A stretch of 41,891 bases of DNA from a virus (taxonomy: Duplodnaviria > Caudoviricetes): positions 1 through 41,891 of the IMG/VR virus record IMGVR_UViG_3300035547_000097. One strand, given 5' to 3'. The notes under the pieces are model-generated. The model was not told the origin of the DNA. It did not search any database and saw nothing but the letters and a program-made list of their open reading frames with translations. The translations under genes and the position numbers were made by a program. Positions 28,370 to 37,146 of this stretch are shown piece after piece. Position 1 is the first letter of the stretch. The number at the start of each line of letters is the position of its first letter.

Positions 28370-28494
28370 TACAGGAAATTTGGACAAACTCCTGGCTGGA
28401 CTTATTAGCCTTGTCGCTACTAGCGGCAAAATACAAAACGGAGGAGTTTGGCGGTTAGTAGCAAGAGTGAAAGTCGCCAAACTCGACTAACAAG

Positions 28495-28620
28495 ATGAAA
28501 AGACACGGTAATTTATTTAAAAAAATAGCTGATTTTGGAAACATTTATCTTGCCTACCGCAATGCCCGAAAAGGTAAAAGCTGGCAGACAAAGATTCAGG
28601 CCTTTGAACAAATGTTTTGA
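28495..28620 (+). pseudogene. truncated DGR reverse transcriptase (N-terminal 41 aa only)
   Basis: MKRHGNLFKKIADFGNIYLAYRNARKGK is the typical start of DGR RTs and sits in the expected place after the TR spacer. It stops at codon 42, and no YxDD RT domain was found in the window. Confidence 0.85.
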
Positions 28621-28703
28621 TAGAGCAGATAGAGAAGTACCAAAAGGAGATACCGTTTCTTACAGTAATAAAGAAAATTGATAAATTTTATACATTTTCT
28701 TAA
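28608..28703 (+). pseudogene. C-terminal remnant of a small gene fused out of frame to the RT stub
   Basis: Start-less frame NVLIEQIEKYQKEIPFLTVIKKIDKFYTFS*, resembling from memory the end of a small ORF often found after phage DGR RTs. Confidence 0.6.
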
Positions 28704-28721
28704 AAAGGAGGTAAAAGTTAA

Positions 28722-29042
28722 ATGAAAGGTTTTCCAAAGCATATTAACACAAAAAAAGATGTTAAGTTTTTATTTGACAAGTATCCAAAAGAAACAAAGA
28801 CATTTTTAAAACGGAAGTTAACAGAGGTTAAACAATGGTTGGTAGCAGGGAAATTAAAAGATGGTGATAATGGTAAAACTGATAAACAGCATAAAATAGT
28901 AGATGTTAAGGATGAAAAGAGCGGTGAAATAACAGAACGTTATCAGTATGAATATAAGGATGACCCTAATTGTCAATTATTTAGGTTAGGCTTAACGGTT
29001 GCTGAAGCCGAGAGGATGATAAATGATAAATTTAATAGTTAG
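28722..29042 (+). CDS. hypothetical protein downstream of the DGR
   Basis: AAGGAGG RBS; MKGFPKHINTK and DPNCQLFRLG. Confidence 0.75.
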   Translation: MKGFPKHINTKKDVKFLFDKYPKETKTFLKRKLTEVKQWLVAGKLKDGDNGKTDKQHKIVDVKDEKSGEITERYQYEYKDDPNCQLFRLGLTVAEAERMINDKFNS

Positions 29043-29069
29043 AGCGCCGGAAGGAGAGAAGGTAAAAGC

Positions 29070-29216
29070 ATGACCCCAGACGAAAGATATATGTTGATTA
29101 AACAGTACGAAAAGGAAATAGCTTATCACGATAGAAAAGCCTTTGAATATAGACAAAAACTTAAAAAACTGCATCCTAATAGAAACGGCAAACAAGAATG
29201 GTTAAATGGGGAGTGA
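29070..29216 (+). CDS. small hypothetical protein (48 aa)
   Basis: Read manually as MTPDERYMLIKQYEKE...; fills the intergenic gap. Confidence 0.45.
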   Translation: MTPDERYMLIKQYEKEIAYHDRKAFEYRQKLKKLHPNRNGKQEWLNGE

Positions 29217-29218
29217 AT

Positions 29219-29503
29219 ATGGGAATAGAAAGAGAAGAATATAATCATGGGCAACAGCGAATTCATGAGCGTGTTGACAAAATAGAAAGCTCTACTGCTA
29301 AAATAGAACAATATGCAAAGTCAATGAAAGAAAGCGTAGATAGAATGCATGGTGCAGTTTACGGTAACGGTAAGGATGGGCTTATCCAAAAAATAACAAA
29401 AGTGTCTGAAAGGTCAAGCCTTCACACTAAATTGATATTTGCTATTATAGTAGCGCTATTTGGCATAGCCAGTTATGTTATTAAAGTTAATCTGGGAGCT
29501 TAA
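29219..29503 (+). CDS. coiled-coil protein with C-terminal transmembrane helix (holin-associated type)
   Basis: YGNGKDGL motif and C-terminal hydrophobic LIFAIIVALFGIASYVI. Confidence 0.6.
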   Translation: MGIEREEYNHGQQRIHERVDKIESSTAKIEQYAKSMKESVDRMHGAVYGNGKDGLIQKITKVSERSSLHTKLIFAIIVALFGIASYVIKVNLGA

Positions 29504-29504
29504 T

Positions 29505-29735
29505 ATGAACAAAAGAATAAAAGAAAGAATTATTATAACTAAAAATCATATTAAGAACGAAATCCATAGTTTGAAGAATCTTGGCGGGGCTTTGTATAGC
29601 AACCCTCAGTTATTCAAACGCTTACACGCACCTTTTGAATCTACTCTCGATAGGATGAGCGAGGATATAGATGAATTGGTAAGTTTATGGATGAAGGACT
29701 TGGAAAAAAACGGAGATAAAAGCGAGGGTAAATAG
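29505..29735 (+). CDS. hypothetical protein
   Basis: GGGAG RBS; closely packed in the operon. Confidence 0.5.
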   Translation: MNKRIKERIIITKNHIKNEIHSLKNLGGALYSNPQLFKRLHAPFESTLDRMSEDIDELVSLWMKDLEKNGDKSEGK

Positions 29736-29856
29736 CCACATACGCCTCTATTTAGGCTTTTATGGTTTTAAGAGGGCTTTGGGCGGGTAGATAGATAAAA
29801 AGCCAAAAATGAGCAGGTTTCAGGCTAAATCGGGCATAATTAAACAGGAGGTAAAG

Positions 29857-30018
29857 ATGATAGAGACAATACAACAAATAATAAGTGCTGTTCTAATGAT
29901 ATTGGGCGGGGCTTCAATCATCGCAAAGATGACACCGACAGAAGCAGATAATAAGTTTATTCAAAAGATAGAGGATTTTATTCACGCATTAGGACTAACC
30001 AAGAGAGGTGGAAAATGA
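29857..30018 (+). CDS. putative holin-like small membrane protein
   Basis: AGGAGG RBS; one transmembrane segment, then ASIIAKMTPTEADNK. Confidence 0.55.
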   Translation: MIETIQQIISAVLMILGGASIIAKMTPTEADNKFIQKIEDFIHALGLTKRGGK

Positions 30019-30281
30019 AAAGATTTATTTTGTTACTATCTATGGTTGTAATGCTTTCAGGTTGCGGATGGGTAGCTTCCCAATTGCCGGAATTAAGCGA
30101 AGAACAGAGAATGGCAATCGCCGGTATGGCAGATGAAAAGATAAGAAGTGAGATAGCTAAACACGGTGAAGGCCAAGATAACCCTTATCTTCCGATTGCC
30201 GGTGGTGCGGGAGCGGGAGCAGTAACTTTAGCTCTCTTGAAACTTTACGAAGCGTTTAGAAAGAAATACAAAAAGAGTTGA
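30015..30281 (+). CDS. lipoprotein with C-terminal hydrophobic segment (candidate unimolecular spanin)
   Basis: Lipobox MLSG-C; C-terminal IAGGAGAGAVTLALLKLY followed by a basic tail. Confidence 0.55.
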   Translation: MKRFILLLSMVVMLSGCGWVASQLPELSEEQRMAIAGMADEKIRSEIAKHGEGQDNPYLPIAGGAGAGAVTLALLKLYEAFRKKYKKS

Positions 30282-30356
30282 TTACAGAGTGCCAATCCCA
30301 AATGTTCGGTAAGAAATAATTAAGAATTATTTTCGGAGAAATTAGAGAGCCTACAA

Positions 30357-30806
30357 TTAAACGCCCTCACATTTCCACCCGTAATATGCGATTAACACCG
30401 CATCAGCACTACTTTGATTGAACTTCTTATCCTTATACGCCTCGGGAAATAACTCTTTTGCCTTTTGGTATAGCACGGACTTTTTCCCTTTAGCAAAACA
30501 ACCCAACGCCTCCTGCCAGATTTGCGGGCGCACTTTAACTGTCTTTATTTGACTATGAGCCCTGGCTGCTGACTCAACCGCCTCAGCATACCGCCCGAAA
30601 GTAAAAGCACTCACTACACCCATATTGGGTGACGCTGATACCCTCTCAATGTAGATAGCGGTTATATAAACACTTGTGTGAAATACGTAATCCCGGCATC
30701 TTTCAAGTTGTCTTGAAAAAGGAAAAACTTTGATTAAGTCCCCATTACTACTGATATAAGCGGCTGCGCCATTTTTGCCTGGATCAACACCAATTATCAT
30801 CCCCAA
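30357..30806 (-). CDS. RuvC-like Holliday junction resolvase
   Basis: IGVDPG, IERV, AFTFG, VRPQIW and ADAVLIA motifs. Confidence 0.85.
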   Translation of the reverse strand: MGMIIGVDPGKNGAAAYISSNGDLIKVFPFSRQLERCRDYVFHTSVYITAIYIERVSASPNMGVVSAFTFGRYAEAVESAARAHSQIKTVKVRPQIWQEALGCFAKGKKSVLYQKAKELFPEAYKDKKFNQSSADAVLIAYYGWKCEGV

Positions 30807-30892
30807 CCTCCCGGATTTTGCATATGTTCAATCAATATAATAAGCCCGATAATCATTAAAATTATTGGTATGTAATCTGCCATACTCACCCC

Positions 30893-32842
30893 CTATCCTT
30901 TTTTATACCGCTTGCAGGTAAACCCTTCAGCGACTATCGGACAACCTTTTGCCCATGGTTCTAACTCACACATTAACTCTATCATCTTATCCAGCCTGTT
31001 TTTACCTATTGATTGCTGGCTTACAATCTCATCATGGGTGTGCATAACTATCGGAAATCCATTTCGTTCAAGACTGGGAAAACTATAAGCCATTATATCT
31101 CGAGCGGTGGCTTGGGTAACATTTTCGGCTAAAAGCCCCCCAAAGGTATCTTTTCTCACCCATTGACTATTAACCTCTGCCATAAAGGAAAGGCTTTTGC
31201 CGCCAAACCTGTTGTCTATAAGTTTAGGCTCGATATAGGTTAGGATACGCCCGGAAGGGAGTTTACAATAGATATTATGCCCTTTATATACATAATAAAT
31301 ATTATTTACCTTATAAATCTTATCTTTATAATTGAAAGCATTTAACATAGCCTGCTCTAACTTACTCCAAAATAAAGGTATGGTTTTATATGTATTGCGA
31401 TAAAGGTGGATAATTTTATGCCCAGTCTCCTCGTCTATCTTAATCCCGTTACCTTCACAAACAACACAAAACTTACTTCCGCCCATCCCATATCCACTGC
31501 CTAAAATTGTACTCTTACCTAGCGCTCTCTCTTTCTGGTTTTTAGCCTTTGTTAGGCTTGGCCTGCCGTAAATACGCCGTGCCATCTTTACATAAATATC
31601 CTCGTCCTGCCCGGCGTCTGCCTTTTTAAACTCACGCAATCCCATTTTTTCACCGGCTAACCACATAAGCACTCTTGCCTCAATAGCCCCATAATCTACC
31701 ACATAAAACTCTTGCCCGGGCGGGGGGATAAAGACCCCTCTTATACACTTAGCTATTACGTCCACAAGACGCCCGGAATAGGCCATCTCAAGCATAGGCA
31801 CACTAAGGGTGGTTATCTCATTTATCGCCTTCTCAGGGTCAATCTCGCCCGATTTATCATAGGATAAGTTCTGTAACTGGACTAATTTACCAGCCCACCT
31901 ACCGGGGTTTGCCCCATGATAAATGTAACAATCCCTCAATATACCCTTATCATCGGTTGAGTGGATAAGTTTCTCATATTTTTTCGTTGATGTCCTACCT
32001 AATTGCTGCCGCAGGCGGAGAATACGGATATGTTTATCGGCTAACTCTTTACTTGCGATTTTAGCCTTAACGGTAGCCTTTTGTAAATTAGGCATATAAC
32101 AACCGTTATCGGCTAGATAGTTAAGCATAGACTGAACCTGGGTGCCCTTGGTGACCTTACCGCCGGTTAACTGAACTAACTCTTTGTTTAATGCTTTTGT
32201 TTTCTGAGACAGGATTTCGATAATTCGCTTAACGGCAGGTATATCTACCATTACACCCCGCTCGTTAATTAACTGATCATAAAACCATATCTCCTGCTCT
32301 TTAGGCGATAACTCAGGGACTATTCTATCAATCTCTCTTTCAACCCTTACGTCTTGTTTACAATACTCATATAGTATCTTGTAATGCCCGGGGTCGTCAT
32401 CGTAATATACCTCTCCTTTTTTATTGAACAATGGCTTAGACATTCGTTTCATAATCTGGCGGGCTCGCATATCTTTTTTCTGGCCAATCATAAGGGCGTC
32501 GGCCGCCTTGTTTAAGGCGAGAGGTAAGCCGAAAGCGCAGCCCTTTGCCATTGTATCCCGCCAACGCCTGAGTTGAATGGGCAGATAGTTAAAACGCTTA
32601 ACCATAATGTTTTTCCAAATAACCCGCTCAAAAAAGGCGTTATGAGCTACAAACAAAAGATTATCATTTTCGGCTAATTGCCTGAGTTTTTGTTCATCGT
32701 TTAAATAAACCTTACCGCCGTCAACAGCAAAAGCAAAACAGAGTATCCGGGTGGACGGGTGCGTGGAGTATATCCACGCACCAACATCCCATATTGAGAC
32801 TTCACTTCTTGTTTCAAAATCCAGATAGACCTTTTTCATCAA
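30893..32842 (-). CDS. family A DNA polymerase with 3'-5' exonuclease domain
   Basis: DFET and AHNAFFE exonuclease motifs; motif A DYGAIEAR, motif B R..GK.TILG.GYG, motif C HTHDE. Confidence 0.95.
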   Translation of the reverse strand: MMKKVYLDFETRSEVSIWDVGAWIYSTHPSTRILCFAFAVDGGKVYLNDEQKLRQLAENDNLLFVAHNAFFERVIWKNIMVKRFNYLPIQLRRWRDTMAKGCAFGLPLALNKAADALMIGQKKDMRARQIMKRMSKPLFNKKGEVYYDDDPGHYKILYEYCKQDVRVEREIDRIVPELSPKEQEIWFYDQLINERGVMVDIPAVKRIIEILSQKTKALNKELVQLTGGKVTKGTQVQSMLNYLADNGCYMPNLQKATVKAKIASKELADKHIRILRLRQQLGRTSTKKYEKLIHSTDDKGILRDCYIYHGANPGRWAGKLVQLQNLSYDKSGEIDPEKAINEITTLSVPMLEMAYSGRLVDVIAKCIRGVFIPPPGQEFYVVDYGAIEARVLMWLAGEKMGLREFKKADAGQDEDIYVKMARRIYGRPSLTKAKNQKERALGKSTILGSGYGMGGSKFCVVCEGNGIKIDEETGHKIIHLYRNTYKTIPLFWSKLEQAMLNAFNYKDKIYKVNNIYYVYKGHNIYCKLPSGRILTYIEPKLIDNRFGGKSLSFMAEVNSQWVRKDTFGGLLAENVTQATARDIMAYSFPSLERNGFPIVMHTHDEIVSQQSIGKNRLDKMIELMCELEPWAKGCPIVAEGFTCKRYKKG

Positions 32843-33463
32843 TTACACCCCTGCAAAAGGGTCTAAACTTTCGTTACCACCTGTTTCTACCGGCGATCTA
32901 GGCTCTTGATCAGCAAGCCCAACTCCGTCTTCCGGCAGGTCTATATCGTCAAAAGCGCTCTCAACCGGTACGCCCGATGATGAGAAAGGTTCGTTGTCGC
33001 CTGCTTTCATAATGTGCTGAATACCGATAGTTACTGATTTCTTCGTTCCAAAAGTGTACCCGTAAACGTCAATATAGGCAAGGATATCACACCCGGCGTA
33101 TATTTCGGTTGGGTCGATAGGTTGTTTTTGTCTGTTTACGACACAAGGTTTTCCGAAATCACCTTTACGGCTGGCACTTAATACCCAATGCCCCGCATAC
33201 TCTGAGCGATAGGTCTTAAACCTTTCTACACTATCACCGTCTTTAAAAGAAACAAACTCTTTCATTGCCGCCTGAAAACCTTTCTGCCCGGCAACATTAA
33301 GAGCCTCTTCTCTTACCGCGTTTTTAAGCCACTGTACAAACTCCTTAACTTTGGGATTTGATTTAGGAAAGAGAATTGTGATTGCATACTTTCCATATGC
33401 GTTTGGTTTTGCTAAATGTGGGAAAGATGCTCTCCCGACCGGTGTTACGATTGATTTACTCAT
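32843..33463 (-). CDS. DUF2815 family single-stranded DNA-binding protein
   Basis: RASFPHL, KDGD, IYAGC and an acidic C-terminal tail; lies between DUF2800 and the polymerase. Confidence 0.85.
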   Translation of the reverse strand: MSKSIVTPVGRASFPHLAKPNAYGKYAITILFPKSNPKVKEFVQWLKNAVREEALNVAGQKGFQAAMKEFVSFKDGDSVERFKTYRSEYAGHWVLSASRKGDFGKPCVVNRQKQPIDPTEIYAGCDILAYIDVYGYTFGTKKSVTIGIQHIMKAGDNEPFSSSGVPVESAFDDIDLPEDGVGLADQEPRSPVETGGNESLDPFAGV

Positions 33464-33479
33464 CGTATTTACCTCCTGT

Positions 33480-34652
33480 TTATTCGATTTCTACGTTCTT
33501 AAACACTTCCTCGACTTTTCGACTTATCGCTTCCTTCGTTTCCTTAGTAGGGACAAGTTTCAAGTCGCCCTCCGGTACATAGATAAAATCCTGTACCCTT
33601 TCTTTTCCCGCTATCTTTTCTAACTGAGCGGGCGAGCGGAGTTCGGTTTTATAAATCTCGTCACCAAACTCATCCTCTAGTTCTTGAACTACCGCATTTT
33701 CATCTCTCCACCTCCTTTGTTTTTTACTCTTAGTTAAAGAGTAATTTGGTATGTCTGTGCCTTTAGATGCCAGAGAAAAAGCATAGCCATACAGTTGTTT
33801 TATTACCTCTTTTACTGTCTCAAGAGCTGGTAATACCTGTCCGATTTGTTCAGGCGTTAACTCGGTAATTTTAGGCATTACTTTCTCCATTGCCGGAATG
33901 AGCGGTTTAAGGGTGTCTGCCATCTTATCTAACGGCGCGCCGCAAACACTTTGAGCCTTACACCACCGGCACCACTCTCCCGGTTTGAGCGGGGCGTCTT
34001 TTTTCCGGGTGTCTGCTATCGCTTTCTTTAGGTCTTCGGCAAACTGATCCAAACGCTTAGGTGTTGTCTCCCACTCTTTAATATACTCCCCCGCTTTTGC
34101 TCTCGGCTGGACGACTACTAAAACTATCCGGCTGATAAACATTCTGGCGTCAAAAAACGGGCGCAGAGCATAATACATGCATTGTTTGTTTTCCTCCGGA
34201 CTAACCAATACTCCTCTTCCCGCTTTTAAGTCGAGTACATAAAGAGTATGTCCGGCGACAAAACTACAGTCAGTTGTTCCCCGGGCGTCTTTGTCTATCT
34301 CCGGTAAAGAGTATTTAGCCTCAACTTGTAATGCTTTTTTACTCACTTTCTCCTGTTCGAGAATAGACAAAATTTTGTTGCGGTACATACGGGTGCAAAA
34401 GGCGAAATCATCGTTGACGTTAAACTCTATAACATCTCCATAGTTATCCTTAACCTCAACTATCTCACCCATACAATCGTAAGGGTCTTTGTCCTCTTTC
34501 AAACACCCGGCCGCAAACTCGTGAATTGCACTGCCTTCTAATTGTTCTTTAGACGAAGGCTCGATAATATCGATTTTCGCCTGTTCTCTCACCGAGCCGG
34601 GGCAGTTAAAAAACCGCTCGGATTGGGAAGGGCTTACTACCGTGTGTTTCAT
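33480..34652 (-). CDS. DUF2800 family Cas4-like PD-(D/E)XK nuclease
   Basis: SPS..R..NCPGS, EGSAIH, GTTD, DLKAG, Q..YYA and PGEWCRWC..C motifs. Confidence 0.88.
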   Translation of the reverse strand: MKHTVVSPSQSERFFNCPGSVREQAKIDIIEPSSKEQLEGSAIHEFAAGCLKEDKDPYDCMGEIVEVKDNYGDVIEFNVNDDFAFCTRMYRNKILSILEQEKVSKKALQVEAKYSLPEIDKDARGTTDCSFVAGHTLYVLDLKAGRGVLVSPEENKQCMYYALRPFFDARMFISRIVLVVVQPRAKAGEYIKEWETTPKRLDQFAEDLKKAIADTRKKDAPLKPGEWCRWCKAQSVCGAPLDKMADTLKPLIPAMEKVMPKITELTPEQIGQVLPALETVKEVIKQLYGYAFSLASKGTDIPNYSLTKSKKQRRWRDENAVVQELEDEFGDEIYKTELRSPAQLEKIAGKERVQDFIYVPEGDLKLVPTKETKEAISRKVEEVFKNVEIE

Positions 34653-35743
34653 TTTATCCCCCGCTTTTTAATAAATCCCTCAACTAACTCTAACACCTCT
34701 TTCTGGTCTTTCTCTGCCGCATCTAGTACCGTCTGGTATTGAGGATAAGATTTTTTAAACTGTTTCATTAACTCTGCAAACGTCTCATTAGTTTTAGCAG
34801 GGTCGTTGTAAAAACCACTAATCTTATTCGCAATCTCATCCATCCTCTTTTTGTAGTCAAACGGTTTAACTTTTTTAGTTTTCGCCTTCTTTGCCGCCGG
34901 TTTAGCCTCTGTCTCCGGCGTCTTTGCCGCCTCCTGTTTCACCTGTGTTGCGGTTGGGGTGCTAACCGCGGGTTTTACCAGTTTTACTAAGTCATCCACC
35001 CCTTTTGCGATACGTTCGAGCTGCTGTTCTAAGCTCATACTACTACCTCCTTGTTTGAGTATTTCGGGTACTTTACCCTTGTTAATTCTTTTCTCGGCGA
35101 TTTTTATATATTCTTGTTCTTTTTCTATGCCTATAAACTCTCTGCCCAGTTCTTTGCAAGCTACTCCTGTTGTACCTGAACCCATAAAGGGGTCTAATAC
35201 AGTTTGTCCTTTATTTGTCAATATAGTTATTAATTCTTTCATTGTTTTCACTTGTTTTTCAGTAGGATGTTTTGTTTCTCCATTATTTTTACACTCAAAA
35301 AAACCAGTTTCATAATTATCAAATCTACGGTTAAATGTCCATTTTCCCCCTTTAGTTGCATAAATCATAAATTCAAAACTATTTACAAATAATCTATCTC
35401 TATTTACAGGCATAGGATTTGTTTTTTTAACAACTAGAATTCTTTTAGTGGAACAACCATTTTCTTCTAACTCATCACTTATTAATTTTAAATTTTGCCA
35501 ACTATTAAAAATAATAATATTAGAGCCATCTTTTAATTTTGGTATTGCATATTTAATCCATTCTAATTGATTAAATTTTTTATCCCATTTTCCAAAATCC
35601 ATTCCTTTGTATTGATTGTATCTTTCCATAGTTCCAAAGTTATTTTTCTTACTAATGTTATAAGGCGGATCTGTAATGATAGCATCTACCGAATTATCAT
35701 CTAACTTTTTCATCTCTTGTATACAATCACCGTGTAATATCAT
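34649..35743 (-). CDS. beta-class amino-DNA methyltransferase (DPPY) read in frame into a 129-aa hypothetical replication-module protein
   Basis: TDPPY, HPTEK and VLDPFMGSGTTG motifs; internal AAGGAGG RBS and ATG at 35038 (MSLEQQLE...). Confidence 0.85.
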   Translation of the reverse strand: MILHGDCIQEMKKLDDNSVDAIITDPPYNISKKNNFGTMERYNQYKGMDFGKWDKKFNQLEWIKYAIPKLKDGSNIIIFNSWQNLKLISDELEENGCSTKRILVVKKTNPMPVNRDRLFVNSFEFMIYATKGGKWTFNRRFDNYETGFFECKNNGETKHPTEKQVKTMKELITILTNKGQTVLDPFMGSGTTGVACKELGREFIGIEKEQEYIKIAEKRINKGKVPEILKQGGSSMSLEQQLERIAKGVDDLVKLVKPAVSTPTATQVKQEAAKTPETEAKPAAKKAKTKKVKPFDYKKRMDEIANKISGFYNDPAKTNETFAELMKQFKKSYPQYQTVLDAAEKDQKEVLELVEGFIKKRGIK

Positions 35744-37146
35744 ACCAATCTCTCGATAGCAACAGCTATCCTCTCTAATGACTCCTCAATACTTGAGTGC
35801 CGGGAAGAGGGGTACTCTTCCACACCGGTAAATCGTATTGTGTTCTGTGGTTTTATTTTCTCCTCACCCCCAGCAAACTCAAGTCCTATTGTTTTATCTT
35901 TCATTATCGTCTTTATATTTTTCTCTTTAAAAATGGTTGAGTTAAGTATTTTCTCATCTATTGTGTTCTCGATTAAGATAAACTGAAATACTGACCTATC
36001 TTTTTGCCCTTGTCTATGCAGGCGGCCGATAGCCTGGTTGATTATCCCGGGCGTGTGGCAAATCTCGACAAATATCCCTACACTGCAATTATTCTGTAAC
36101 CCGTCGATACCCTCACCCGCTGATTCAATCTGTCCGATAAACACCCGGCAGTCATCACTATCGGCAGAGAAGGAGTCAATTGCTTTTTGCCGCTCGCTTT
36201 GTTTTGTCGCCCCGTAAAGCCTTACCGGATTATATTTTATTAACCCTTTATACAGATTATCGATAACCTCTCGGTGGTAGGCAAACACCACTACCTTTCT
36301 CTCTGCCTCTAATACGCCTTCTATATGCTCAATACAGGCGTTAACCTTGCCTAACCCAACCTTACGGCGGATAGATGCGTTCTCATCACCTGAGAACAAC
36401 TGTTTTTCGATGTCTTTTGTTGTCGGCATATATATCTTTTGTAACACCTTACCCGGTAAACAATCTCTTGTCCGCCTGAGCATAAACCCCGCTAACCTTC
36501 CACTCAACTCATCGAGATTATCAGCGCCCAAAGCGTCCCAGCCCCACTTACCGTCGTGCCCCCGGCAATAACGGCGGGTGTAATCGATATAATTACGAAA
36601 CTTTCCCAGTCTTTCTGGGCAGAGTTTTGCAAGCATTGAGTGTAACTCTACCGGGCGGTTCAAGACCGGCGTTGCGGTAAGAGCCCACCTGTATATAGCC
36701 CAGTCACAATAACCATTTTTTAGCCAGACAGCCTTCGAACGTTTAGCCTTCGGGTTTTTAACATTATGTACTTCGTCTAATATCAACACATCGTATAGCG
36801 GTTTAATTAGGTGTTTTAGGTATTTTTTTCTCCATATTACATCGTAGTTTATAATAGTCATCGGCTTGAGTGGTTTATTAACATCCTTTGCGCTGTTAAT
36901 TATCCCTATATCTTTCTCCGAATAACCCCATTTAACCGCCTCTTTTTTCCAATTATATTTAATACTGGCCGGGCAGATACAGAGAATTGACCTTGCCCCT
37001 ACCTGCTGAGCGGCGTGTATCGCCTGGGCTGTCTTACCCGTTCCTAATTGATCGGCGAGCAGGGCTGAGCGATTTTTTGCAAGGAAATCAACCCCTTCCT
37101 TTTGAAAATCAAACAGTTGGTTATATGTGTCTTTAACTATTCTCAT
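35740..37146 (-). CDS. SNF2-like superfamily 2 helicase
   Basis: ADQLGTGKT, LDEVH, LTATP, KVVVFA and QAIGRLHRQGQ motifs. Confidence 0.92.
   Translation of the reverse strand: MRIVKDTYNQLFDFQKEGVDFLAKNRSALLADQLGTGKTAQAIHAAQQVGARSILCICPASIKYNWKKEAVKWGYSEKDIGIINSAKDVNKPLKPMTIINYDVIWRKKYLKHLIKPLYDVLILDEVHNVKNPKAKRSKAVWLKNGYCDWAIYRWALTATPVLNRPVELHSMLAKLCPERLGKFRNYIDYTRRYCRGHDGKWGWDALGADNLDELSGRLAGFMLRRTRDCLPGKVLQKIYMPTTKDIEKQLFSGDENASIRRKVGLGKVNACIEHIEGVLEAERKVVVFAYHREVIDNLYKGLIKYNPVRLYGATKQSERQKAIDSFSADSDDCRVFIGQIESAGEGIDGLQNNCSVGIFVEICHTPGIINQAIGRLHRQGQKDRSVFQFILIENTIDEKILNSTIFKEKNIKTIMKDKTIGLEFAGGEEKIKPQNTIRFTGVEEYPSSRHSSIEESLERIAVAIERLV

Noticed and set aside
28250-28480. 76-aa minus-strand ORF over the TR
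   Set aside because: It is the antisense shadow of the TR and spacer; YSYSYS arises from AATACG repeats.
33480-34652. Cas4 as evidence of a CRISPR system
   Set aside because: The DUF2800-SSB-PolA synteny marks it as the usual phage replication nuclease.
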